DNA of 24,000 bases from assembly GCF_022524485.1 (NCBI RefSeq), contig NZ_JAKXMK010000006.1:220768-244767 (forward strand), written 5' to 3'. Positions within the stretch are counted from its first letter, which is position 1, and the number at the start of each line of letters is the position of its first letter. The notes under the pieces are model-generated. The model saw only the letters and a program-made list of their open reading frames with translations. It made no database searches and was not told the origin of the DNA. Shown here one piece after another: positions 15,822 to 24,000 of the stretch. The position numbers were made by a program, and so were the translations under genes. The DNA is from Pseudonocardia alaniniphila (GTDB lineage Bacteria > Actinomycetota > Actinomycetes > Mycobacteriales > Pseudonocardiaceae).

Positions 15822-16868
15822 CTACGCCGTGGCGACCCCGGGCCCGCACAGCTGCGCCCCCTGGCGCAGGATCGTGCGGGCCATCTCCCGGTCGCGCCGG
15901 CCCAGCCCGCACGACGCGGCGATGTCGACCGGACGACCGAGCGCCTCCTCGACGGCCGTCATCGCCGAGCGCAGCTCGTCGGCCGTCCGGCCCTCGTGCA
16001 GGAGCCCGGCGACGAACCGGGTGTCCGGGGGCAGGCGCAGCGCCGAGAGTCGCGCGTAGAACGCCGGGTCGAGCGGTGGGGGCTCCTCACCCGCGGCCAG
16101 CGGTGCGTGGACGAGTTCCAGACGGTGATCGGACGGCCAGCGGGCGGCCAGGGCGTTGAGCAGCGTGACGACGGGGCCCGTGTCGTGCAACCGGAACAAT
16201 GCGGTGTGTTGCAGGTCACCCATGCACAGGTGCAGCCCGAAACGCGTGCCCTCCGGGGTGAGGCGCACCAGCGCGGCGACCGTGCGGGCGAGCCAGGCCG
16301 CGACGATCGGGCGTACCGGCGCGGGACTCATCGCGACGAAGGCGAGCTCGGCGGGCATCTCGAGCTGGACGAGCACGTCGTCGCCTGCGTCATCGCGGAT
16401 GCGGCTGATCTCCCTGGCGATGGCTTCGGAAAAGGGCCGCCGGTAGAGAAGCGGACCTCGGGGGCCCATGGTGAACATCGACATGCCGAGACCGGTCGGC
16501 AGGCCGATCTGGAAGATCAGGTCCGTGCGGCCGTGTGCCTGACGGGCCGCGTCGAACACCGGCCGTGCCTCGGCGTACGTCTCCGGGTAGCCGAAGTGCA
16601 GGGAGTCGCCGCGGAGCCGGTGGCCGCGGCGGACCCGGAAGTTGAGGAGCCGGTCGTAGCCCGCGAAGTCGCCCTCTCGGCGGACCTCCAGATCGGGGTG
16701 CGCGCGCAGGCCTTCCATCACCGAGGCGATCCAGTTGCGTCGATCACCGGTCTCGCCGTCGGGCAGCGTGGCAAGGTACGGCCCGGCCAGCTCCAGCATC
16801 TCGTTCATCGCGTCGGCCGTCGTGCCGGCCGGAAAGCTTCCGACCATGTGCAGCGCCCGGTTGATCAT
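15822..16868 (-). CDS. Cobalamin-independent methionine synthase (MetE C-terminal/UROD-like) family protein of unknown specificity.
   Basis: 348 aa with HMVGSFPAGT (compare MetE TTIGSFPQT), LHLCMGD (an HxC zinc-ligand-like motif) and IAASCGLGRR (compare PDCGLKTR). The assignment rests on remembered motifs only. Confidence 0.55.
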   Translation of the reverse strand: MINRALHMVGSFPAGTTADAMNEMLELAGPYLATLPDGETGDRRNWIASVMEGLRAHPDLEVRREGDFAGYDRLLNFRVRRGHRLRGDSLHFGYPETYAEARPVFDAARQAHGRTDLIFQIGLPTGLGMSMFTMGPRGPLLYRRPFSEAIAREISRIRDDAGDDVLVQLEMPAELAFVAMSPAPVRPIVAAWLARTVAALVRLTPEGTRFGLHLCMGDLQHTALFRLHDTGPVVTLLNALAARWPSDHRLELVHAPLAAGEEPPPLDPAFYARLSALRLPPDTRFVAGLLHEGRTADELRSAMTAVEEALGRPVDIAASCGLGRRDREMARTILRQGAQLCGPGVATA

Positions 16869-16932
16869 GAATCGAGCGTGAGCAATGGCAAAGACTTCGT
16901 CAAGTCACGCCATGGGGTGACCTATCCCAAGG

Positions 16933-17658
16933 TCAAGTGCGGGTTGCGGCCAGCAGCGCTGCCATGAGCCGGATGTCGGTGGCGTCCTGTTCGGGATGCC
17001 ACTGCACACCTACCACGAACGGGCGCTCGTCGAGTTCCACGGCCTCGACGGTGCCGTCGCCCGCACGGGCGGTGACGACCAGGCCGTCGGCGAGCCGGTC
17101 GAGGGCCTGGTGGTGGTGGCACTGCACCGCCACCGTGGTGCCGACCGCGGTGGCCACGCGGCCACCGGGAACCAGGTCGACCATGGTGGTGGCGAACTTG
17201 CCGGGGGTGGGGTTGTGCCCGTTGTGCCCGACGGCATCGGGCAGGTGCTGGACGAGGGTGCCGCCGAGAGCGACGTTGAGCATCTGCAATCCGCGGCAGA
17301 CGCCGAGTACCGGGATCTCACGCTCGAGCGCCCGCTGCAGCATCGCGATCTCGGCGGCGTCGCGCTCGGCCCGCGCGGCGCCGGTGAGGGGATGGCGGTC
17401 CGCCCCGTAGCGCTGCGGGTCGATGTCGGGCCCCCCGGACAGCACGAGTGCGTCGATCCGGTCGACGGCCGCGGCTGCCTGCGGGCGCGGTGGCAGGAGC
17501 ACGGGGATCCCGCCCGCGGCGAAGACGATGTCGGGATACGTGCTGGGCAGGAGCACGGTGTCGTGGTCCCACACCCCGTACGCCGCGCGCTCCCCGTAGG
17601 TGGTGAGCCCGACGACGGGACGATCGGGGCCGTGAGGATCAGAGCCGTTCGAAGCCAC
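16933..17658 (-). CDS. Gamma-glutamyl-gamma-aminobutyrate hydrolase family protein (peptidase C26, class I glutamine amidotransferase-like; PuuD-like).
   Basis: Track ORF 16933..17823 trimmed to GTG 17658, giving MASNGSDPHGPDRPVVGLTTYG. The catalytic motifs are LGVCRGLQMLN and VGVQWHPE. It overlaps the upstream GlnA-like gene by 20 nt. Confidence 0.85.
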   Translation of the reverse strand: MASNGSDPHGPDRPVVGLTTYGERAAYGVWDHDTVLLPSTYPDIVFAAGGIPVLLPPRPQAAAAVDRIDALVLSGGPDIDPQRYGADRHPLTGAARAERDAAEIAMLQRALEREIPVLGVCRGLQMLNVALGGTLVQHLPDAVGHNGHNPTPGKFATTMVDLVPGGRVATAVGTTVAVQCHHHQALDRLADGLVVTARAGDGTVEAVELDERPFVVGVQWHPEQDATDIRLMAALLAATRT

Positions 17659-19030
17659 GCCTGCGCTCCCAGTCGGTGACGGCCGCGTCGAAGGCGGCCA
17701 ACTCCACTCGTGCGGCGTTGGCGTAGTGATCGACAACTTCCTGGCCGAACGCCGCGAGGGCCACCTTGGACCCGGCGAAGAGCTCGGCCGCTTCTCGCAG
17801 CGTACCGGGCACTCGAGGGGCATCGGAGGTGTAGGCGTTGCCGACGAGCTCCGGCGACAGTTGCAGCTCGTTCTCGATGCCGTGCAGCCCTGCGGCGATC
17901 ACAGCGGCGACGCCCAGGTACGGGTTCATGTCGCCGCCGGGTACGCGGTTCTCCACGCGCAGCGACGGGCCGTGCCCGACGACGCGTAGCGCGCAGGTGC
18001 GGTTGTCCACACCCCATGCGACGGCCGTGGGCGCGAAGGAGCCGTCGGCGTAGCGTTTGTAGGAGTTGATGTTGGGCGCGAACAGGTAGGTGAGCTCGCG
18101 CAGGCATGCCTGCTGCCCCGCGATGAACTGCGCGAACAGCGGGGAGAAGCCGTGCTCCTCACCGGGCGTAGCGCCAGCGGAGCCCGCATCGGCACTGCCG
18201 GCGAAGACCGGTCCGTCCTGCCCACGCAGTGAGATGTGGATGTGGCAGGAGTTGCCCTCCCGCTCGTCGTACTTCGCCATGAAGGTGAGCGCCATGCCCG
18301 CCTGGTCGGCGATCTCCTTGGCGCCCGTCTTGTAGATCGAGTGGTTGTCGCAGGTGGTGAGCGCGTCGGCGTAGCGGAAGGCGATCTCGTGCTGGCCGAG
18401 GTTGCATTCGCCCTTCGCCGACTCGACGACCATGCCTGCGCCGGCCATCCCGTTGCGGATCCGGCGCAGCAGCGGCTCCACGCGTGCCGTGCCGAGCATC
18501 GAGTAGTCGACGTTGTACTGGTTCGCCGGCTCGAGCTGCTGGTAGCCCTTGCGCCACGCCGTGTCGAACGAGTCGGCGAAGAGCATGAACTCCAGCTCGG
18601 TGCCCACGTCGGCCTGCAGACCGCGCTCGGCGAGCCGCTCCAGCTGGGCACGCAGGATCTGCCGCGGTGACGCGACCACGGGCGAGCCGTCGGCCCACTG
18701 AGCGTCGCAGAGCACGAGCGCCGTGGCCTCGTGCCACGGGACCTGCCGCAGCGTCGTGAGGTCGGGCTTCAGCACGAAGTCGCCGTAGCCGCGCTCCCAG
18801 CTCGACATCGCGTAGCCGGCGACGGTGTTCATCTCGACGTCGACGGCCAGCAGGTAGTTGCAGGCCTCCGCCGCGTGCGGCACGACCTCGCCCAGGAAAT
18901 ACGTGGCCGCGCAGCGTTTGCCCTGCAGCCGGCCCTGCATGTCGGTGAACGCCACCAGCACGGTGTCGATCGACCCGTCGTCGACGGCGACGCGCAGCTG
19001 GTCGAGGGTGAGCATGCCGCGTGGTCTCAT
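17639..19030 (-). CDS. Glutamine synthetase-family gamma-glutamyl-amine ligase (GlnA3/GlnA4-like; gamma-glutamylpolyamine/ethanolamide synthetase-like).
   Basis: 463 aa with VGTELEFMLF, ESAKGECNLGQHEIAFRY, FMAKYDEREGNSCHIHISL, NSYKRY and RVENRVPGGDMNPYL. Confidence 0.9.
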   Translation of the reverse strand: MRPRGMLTLDQLRVAVDDGSIDTVLVAFTDMQGRLQGKRCAATYFLGEVVPHAAEACNYLLAVDVEMNTVAGYAMSSWERGYGDFVLKPDLTTLRQVPWHEATALVLCDAQWADGSPVVASPRQILRAQLERLAERGLQADVGTELEFMLFADSFDTAWRKGYQQLEPANQYNVDYSMLGTARVEPLLRRIRNGMAGAGMVVESAKGECNLGQHEIAFRYADALTTCDNHSIYKTGAKEIADQAGMALTFMAKYDEREGNSCHIHISLRGQDGPVFAGSADAGSAGATPGEEHGFSPLFAQFIAGQQACLRELTYLFAPNINSYKRYADGSFAPTAVAWGVDNRTCALRVVGHGPSLRVENRVPGGDMNPYLGVAAVIAAGLHGIENELQLSPELVGNAYTSDAPRVPGTLREAAELFAGSKVALAAFGQEVVDHYANAARVELAAFDAAVTDWERRRGFERL

Positions 19031-19043
19031 GTGATCGAGGATC

Positions 19044-20633
19044 TCACGGTGTTTCGGTCTCCAGCTCCCGTTCGGTGATCGGCGGCTCCTCCTCGATGCC
19101 CACTTCGCGCACCGGTCCCGTGAACCAGCGGCGCGCCGAGAGCAGGTACCAGCCGCCGAACAAGATCAGCGCCCCGCCCACGGTGAGCGGCGCGTAGTTG
19201 ACCACGTTCCAGTCGAAGTCGGCGGCGCCCGGAATGCCCTTGGGGGAGACCGGCATCAGGAAGAGCAGGCACACGATGGCGATCCAGGCGACCGCGACCG
19301 GCGCGATCCACCGGTAGTGGTGACCGAGGCTCCACGCCCCGCCCTCGAACCGGGCACCGGCCCGGATCCGCAGGATGATCGGCAGCGCGAACGCGATGTA
19401 GAGCCCGATCACCGCGATGGACGTGCCGACGAGGTAGCCGACCACACCGTTGGCGAGCGTCGGCAGCATCAGCGCCCAGCTCAGCACGGCGATCGCGATC
19501 ACCGCGTTCACCGGCACGCGGTTCGCCGCGACCTTGCGCCACACCCGCGAGCCGGGCACAGCGCCGTCACGGGAGAAGGCGAACATCATCCGCGACGCCG
19601 ACGTCACCGACGCCGTACCGCAGAAGAACTGTCCGACCACCGCGATGAGCAGCAGGAACTCCGCCCAGGCCGTACCGAGCGACTCGGTCCAGATGTAGAC
19701 CACCGCATTGCCCAGAGCGTCGAGCGTGCCCTGCACGTCGGGCACGGCGAACGTCACGGCCACCAGGAGCACGAAGCCGAAGAGCACCGACACGGCGACC
19801 GACATGACCATGCCCCACGCCGCGGCACGAGACGCCAGCCGCGTCTCCTCGCTCATGTGCGCAGAGGCGTCGTACCCGGTGATCGTGTACTGGGCCATGA
19901 GCAGGCCGATGCCGAACACGAACCAGAAGCCGACGTCGCCGAACCCGTTGCCGGCGAACCCGGAGTTGTTGATCGTCTCCCCGAAGACGAACGCCGCGGA
20001 CTGGTGGTTCTCCGGGATGACGATCAGCACGGCGACGATGACGACCACGCCGATCATGTGCCACCAGGCGGAGACCGTGTTGAGCCGCGCGAGCAGGTTG
20101 ACGTTCAGCAGGTTGAGCGCGAGGTGCAGCGCGACGATCACGGAGTAGACCACGAAGACCGTGCCGGTGCCGGTGCCGGCGACGGTGGGGAACCAGAGGT
20201 TGAGCAGCGCGGTCGTGAAGATCGCGGCGCCGTAGTCAATCGCGGCGGTCACCGCGATCTGCCCGACCAGGTTGAACCAGCCGGTGAACCAGCCCCACGC
20301 CGGACCGCCGAGCTTCGACGCCCAGAAGTACAGCGCGCCGGCGGTGGGCATCGCCGAGGCGATCTCACCCATGGCCATCGCCACCAGCACACAGAAACCG
20401 CCGACGAGGAGCCAGCCCCACGTGATGGCGACGGGCCCACCGTTGTTGAACGCGATGTAGTACGAGGTCAGGCAGCCGGCGAGGATCGAGATGATCGTGA
20501 AGGAGATCGCGAAGTTGGAGAACCCGCCCATCTCGCGGTAGAGCACCTGCACGTATCCGAGACGATGCAGGGTGGCCTCGTCGTCGTCCTTGCCCACGCT
20601 GTTCCTGTCGTCGGTCCGGTCGTTCGTGGGCAT
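19044..20633 (-). CDS. APC-superfamily amino acid/amine permease (12 TM-type).
   Basis: Track ORF 19044..21848 trimmed to ATG 20633, with GGAGGT 5 nt upstream. The product starts MPTNDRTDDRNS...LGYVQVLYREMGGFSNFAISFTIISILAGC and has multiple hydrophobic segments. The N-terminal 405 aa of the track ORF is out-of-frame read-through across the kinase gene. Confidence 0.9.
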   Translation of the reverse strand: MPTNDRTDDRNSVGKDDDEATLHRLGYVQVLYREMGGFSNFAISFTIISILAGCLTSYYIAFNNGGPVAITWGWLLVGGFCVLVAMAMGEIASAMPTAGALYFWASKLGGPAWGWFTGWFNLVGQIAVTAAIDYGAAIFTTALLNLWFPTVAGTGTGTVFVVYSVIVALHLALNLLNVNLLARLNTVSAWWHMIGVVVIVAVLIVIPENHQSAAFVFGETINNSGFAGNGFGDVGFWFVFGIGLLMAQYTITGYDASAHMSEETRLASRAAAWGMVMSVAVSVLFGFVLLVAVTFAVPDVQGTLDALGNAVVYIWTESLGTAWAEFLLLIAVVGQFFCGTASVTSASRMMFAFSRDGAVPGSRVWRKVAANRVPVNAVIAIAVLSWALMLPTLANGVVGYLVGTSIAVIGLYIAFALPIILRIRAGARFEGGAWSLGHHYRWIAPVAVAWIAIVCLLFLMPVSPKGIPGAADFDWNVVNYAPLTVGGALILFGGWYLLSARRWFTGPVREVGIEEEPPITERELETETP

Positions 20634-20656
20634 GCGACCTCCAGGAATCGCGGATC

Positions 20657-21595
20657 TCAGTCGGGTAGGCGCGCGGCCACGAGCAGGTGCTCGAGGTCGG
20701 GTCCGTCGAACTCCTGGACGGCACGGTCGTACTTCTCCATGCCCCAGGACCAGAAGTCGAACTCCAGCGGGCTGGAGCCGTGCTGGATCGAGGCCCACAA
20801 CATCCAGCCGTACTTCGCCATCAGCGCGAACAGCCGGGCGCGTGCGACCTGCCGGGGAGAGGGCCGCCCGTGGTAGGCGGCGACGAGCACGTTCAGCAGC
20901 GGGGGCGGCAGCGCGGCCTCGCTCCAGATGTTTCCCAGCTCGAAGGCCGGGTCGTTGTTGCCGGAGTACTCGAAGTCGATGATCCGCACCTGCCGGCCAC
21001 CGCTCCCGTCCGGGCAGAGGAGGAGGTTGGCGGCGAGCAGGTCGTTGTTGCACGGCACCGTGACCCGGGGGCCGAGCGCCGCTCGGATCCGCGGCACCAG
21101 CGGGGCGAACTCGTCGTAGCGAGGGGGCAGCCGGAAGCCGTGCTCGGCGACGATGCGCCGGTAGCGGGCCTGGACGTCGAACATGTCGAAGTCGCCCGCG
21201 AAGCGCGGCCCGGAGTGCAGCCGGCGACAGGCTGCCGCGACGAGGCGCAGCACCTCGCGGTCGTGCAGATCCTCGTCGGTGAGCGTGCGGCCGGGCAGGT
21301 ACCCGACGGTCAGGCCGGTGCCGGGGCGGTAGTGCAGGACGGGTGCACCGACTCCTGCCTGCGCGGCGGCGACCGAGTTGGCGTACTCGTTCTCGCGGTC
21401 GATGCCCAGCAGTCCACCGCCGTCCTGCATGGGGATGCGCACGACGCAGGACCCCTCGGGGTTGGTGACCTTGAGATTGCGGTTGGTGAGGCCGCCGGGA
21501 AGCTCCTCGACCGTGCGGGGGCGGCGAGCCGTGCACGGGATGGAGTCGAGCAGTGCGTCGGTGGCGGGATCGACCGCCATGGTCCGCACGCGCAT
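20657..21595 (-). CDS. Choline/ethanolamine kinase-family phosphotransferase (APH fold).
   Basis: 312 aa with ELPGGLTNRNLKV, a Brenner-like motif VPCNNDLLAANLL and the choline-kinase motif IIDFEYSGNNDPAFELGNIW. An alternative start is ATG 21580. Confidence 0.8.
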   Translation of the reverse strand: MRVRTMAVDPATDALLDSIPCTARRPRTVEELPGGLTNRNLKVTNPEGSCVVRIPMQDGGGLLGIDRENEYANSVAAAQAGVGAPVLHYRPGTGLTVGYLPGRTLTDEDLHDREVLRLVAAACRRLHSGPRFAGDFDMFDVQARYRRIVAEHGFRLPPRYDEFAPLVPRIRAALGPRVTVPCNNDLLAANLLLCPDGSGGRQVRIIDFEYSGNNDPAFELGNIWSEAALPPPLLNVLVAAYHGRPSPRQVARARLFALMAKYGWMLWASIQHGSSPLEFDFWSWGMEKYDRAVQEFDGPDLEHLLVAARLPD

Positions 21596-21648
21596 CGGTG
21601 GATGGTAGGGCTCGCGCCGGGAACGGTCTAGACCGTAAGGTCGCGGCC

Positions 21649-24000
21649 ATGGCGCAAGCGCTCCCCGGCCGAGCCCGTGTTGTGGTGATCGGTGGGGGAG
21701 TGGGCGGCGCGAGCGTGGCGTTCCACCTCGTCGAGCGCGGCGAGCGGGACGTCCTGCTCATCGAGCGCGCGGAGCTCACCAGCGGATCCACGTTCCACTC
21801 GGCGGGACTGGTCGGCCAACTGCGCTCCGACCCGGCGCTCACCACCATGAACGGCTGGTCGGTCGAGCTCTACCGCAGGCTGCAGCAGACCGAGCACGCC
21901 CCGGGCTGGGTGGAGTCCGGCTCGCTGCGGCTCGCGTCCTCGCCCGCCCGTCTCGAGGAGATCCGCAGGCAGGCGGGCTGGGCACAGCGCTCCGGCCTGC
22001 CACTCGACCTGATCTCCGCCGCCGAGGCGACCGAGCTGTTCCCGCTGATGTCGGCCCAGGGCGTGCTCGGGGCCGCCTACACGCCGACCGACGGCCAGGT
22101 CGATCCGGCGCGGCTCTGCTACGCCCTCGCGGCCCTCGCACGGGCCGGGGGAGCGACGATCACCCAGCAGACGCGGGTGGTCGGCATCGACACGGTGGAC
22201 GGGCGGGTGACGCGCGTCCGGACCGACCGCGGGGACGTGGAGTGCGAGGTGGTGGTCGACTGCGGAGGCATGTTCGCCGCCGAGATCGCGCGCCTGGTGG
22301 ACGTCAGGGTCCCGGTGGTGCCGATGTCGCACCAGTACGTCGTCACGGCGCCGCTGCCGCCCGGCTCGCTGCCCGATCATTCACTGCCGTCGCTGCGCGA
22401 CCCCGACCTGCTCGTCTACTACCGCCAGGAGATCGACGGGCTGGTGATGGGCGGCTACGAGCGCCGGAGCGCGCCGTGGACCGCCACAGCCCGCTGCGTC
22501 GACGCGGTCCCGCCGGACTTCAACGGCAAGCTGCTCCCACCGGACTGGGACCGGTTCGAGGAGATCCTCGCCAACTCCCAGATCCGCGTCCCGGTGCTCG
22601 CCGACACCGGCGTGGCGTCGATGATCAACGGACCGGAGGCCTTCACCCCGGACAACGAGTTCTGCCTCGGGGAGACCGAGGTCGCGGGGTTCTTCGTCGC
22701 GGCCGGGTTCTGCGCGCACGGGATCGCCGGTGCGGGGGGCGTCGGGCGCGTGATGGCGGCGTGGATCCTCGACGGCGACCCCGGCCTCGACCTGTGGCAC
22801 ATGGACGTGCGCCGCTTCGGCCACCGGCACCACCGCTCGCCCGGCTACACCCTCGCCCGTGTGCGGGAGAACTACGAGAGCTACTACGACATCCGCTACC
22901 CCGCCGCGGAGCGCACGGCGGGGCGCCCGCTGCGCACATCGCCCGCGTATCCGTGGCACGCGGCGCACGGCGCGGTGTTCGGGGAGAAGGCCGGCTGGGA
23001 GCGGGTGAACCACTACTCCGCACCCGGTTCCGAGGAGCTGCGACCGCGCGGATGGGCCGGCAGGCACTGGTCGCCCTGCGTCGAGACCGAGCACGTCGCC
23101 GTGCGGGAGGCCGTCGGCCTGTTCGACGAGAGCTCCTTCTCGAAGATCGAGATCTCCGGCGCGGACGCCGCCGCGTTCTGCCGTCACGTCTTCGCCGGTC
23201 GCACCGACCGCGCACCCGGCGCCGTCGTCTACACGCAGGCCCTCAACGACCGCGGCGGCATCGAGATGGACGTGACCGTCACCAGGGCGGGCCCCGAGGA
23301 GTTCCTCGTGGTCACGGGCACGGCGTTCGGGCCGCACGACCTCGGATGGCTGCGCCGCCAGGCCCGGGCGATCGGTTCTCAGGTGCGCCTCGCCGACGTG
23401 ACCGGCGCCTGGGCGTGCTTCGGGCTCTGGGGACCGCGCGCCCGTGACGTGCTCGCCCCGCTCACGCCCGCGTCCCTGTCGAACGCCGACTTCCCCTACC
23501 CGTCCATGCGGGAGACGACGGTCGGGGACGTCCCGGTGCGCGCGCTGCGTGTCACGTTCGTCGGGGAGCTGGGCTTCGAGCTCTACTGCTCCACCGAGTA
23601 CGGCGCCGCGCTCTGGCACACGCTCGTCGAGGCCGGTGCTCCCCACGGCTTGCGCCCTGGTGGGTACCGGGCGATCGAGAGCCTTCGGCTGGAGAAGGGC
23701 TACCGGGTGTGGGGTGCCGACATCGGACCCGACACCACCCCGGACGAGGCCGGTCTGAGCTTCGCCGTCCGCCGTAGTGACGGTGATGGCGAGTTCGTCG
23801 GGCGCGGGGCACTGCTGGCCGACCGGGCGCGAGGGGTCACCCGGAGACTGCAGTGCCTCGTGCTCGATGACCCCCGCATGGTCGCGCTGGGCGGGGAGCC
23901 GGTCCGCATCGCGGACGAGGTCGTGAGCCGGGTGACCTCCGGCGGATACGGCTACACGGTCGCTCGCTCCATCGCCTATGCCTACCTGCCCGCAGGCGCC
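21649..24000 (+). CDS. FAD-dependent oxidoreductase fused to a GcvT aminomethyltransferase domain (dimethylglycine oxidase/sarcosine dehydrogenase family). The C-terminus lies beyond the right edge.
   Basis: My own frame-1 translation gives MAQALPGRARVVVIGGGVGGASVAFHLVERG...STFHSAGLVGQLR, then GLFDESSFSKIEISGADA...TFVGELGFELYC...YRAIESLRLEKGYRVWGADI. It is open for 784 codons to the window end. It is absent from the track because it has no stop. Confidence 0.88.
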   Translation, partial: MAQALPGRARVVVIGGGVGGASVAFHLVERGERDVLLIERAELTSGSTFHSAGLVGQLRSDPALTTMNGWSVELYRRLQQTEHAPGWVESGSLRLASSPARLEEIRRQAGWAQRSGLPLDLISAAEATELFPLMSAQGVLGAAYTPTDGQVDPARLCYALAALARAGGATITQQTRVVGIDTVDGRVTRVRTDRGDVECEVVVDCGGMFAAEIARLVDVRVPVVPMSHQYVVTAPLPPGSLPDHSLPSLRDPDLLVYYRQEIDGLVMGGYERRSAPWTATARCVDAVPPDFNGKLLPPDWDRFEEILANSQIRVPVLADTGVASMINGPEAFTPDNEFCLGETEVAGFFVAAGFCAHGIAGAGGVGRVMAAWILDGDPGLDLWHMDVRRFGHRHHRSPGYTLARVRENYESYYDIRYPAAERTAGRPLRTSPAYPWHAAHGAVFGEKAGWERVNHYSAPGSEELRPRGWAGRHWSPCVETEHVAVREAVGLFDESSFSKIEISGADAAAFCRHVFAGRTDRAPGAVVYTQALNDRGGIEMDVTVTRAGPEEFLVVTGTAFGPHDLGWLRRQARAIGSQVRLADVTGAWACFGLWGPRARDVLAPLTPASLSNADFPYPSMRETTVGDVPVRALRVTFVGELGFELYCSTEYGAALWHTLVEAGAPHGLRPGGYRAIESLRLEKGYRVWGADIGPDTTPDEAGLSFAVRRSDGDGEFVGRGALLADRARGVTRRLQCLVLDDPRMVALGGEPVRIADEVVSRVTSGGYGYTVARSIAYAYLPAGA

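Noticed and set aside
19044-21848. The 934-aa ORF suggests a giant permease fusion.
   Set aside because: Only the C-terminal 529 aa (from ATG 20633, with a GGAGGT RBS) is permease-like. The N-terminal 405 aa is low-complexity read-through overlapping the kinase gene in another frame.

Overview
High-GC (about 70%) actinobacterial chromosomal window. Gene content looks Pseudonocardiaceae/Mycobacteriales-like: the beta-phosphoglucomutase-like/GH65 pair and the DUF3516-type helicase have close mycobacterial counterparts. I support about 22 protein genes, one decayed insertion sequence and a few candidate regulatory sites. I saw no rRNA, tRNA or CRISPR array.

Layout, left to right:
1. A partial SF2 helicase, divergent from an unusual ORF that fuses a catalytically dead ATP-dependent DNA-ligase-like domain to a degenerate, truncated LytS-type histidine-kinase module.
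2. A beta-phosphoglucomutase-family hydrolase plus a GH65 phosphorylase, translationally coupled.
3. A DksA/TraR zinc-finger protein and a bacterial type IB topoisomerase.
4. A stress-type block: DUF2945, DJ-1/PfpI, DUF6328, and a SigB/SigF-family sigma factor with no adjacent anti-sigma gene. The sigma gene is divergent from a HelD-family RNA polymerase-associated ATPase.
5. An IS200/IS605-family element filling the convergent helD/SDR gap. Its tnpB looks intact, but its tnpA is frameshifted and has lost both catalytic motifs.
6. An SDR, then an ArsR-AHSA1-SRPBCC module.
7. A minus-strand operon with a choline/ethanolamine-kinase-like gene, an APC permease, a GlnA-like gamma-glutamyl ligase and a peptidase C26 hydrolase, followed by a MetE-like gene. 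It is divergent from a dimethylglycine-oxidase-like FAD/GcvT fusion that runs off the right edge.

Many long ORFs in the track are antisense or off-frame GC artefacts. Two real edge genes (1..531 minus, 21649..24000 plus) are missing from the track because they lack an in-window stop.

Most interesting observations: the dead-ligase/pseudo-kinase fusion, a shared TAAC-N-GTTAGCGT palindromic motif at two distant promoters, and the stranded tnpB element.

Everything is from reading and translating the sequence by eye. No searches were run.
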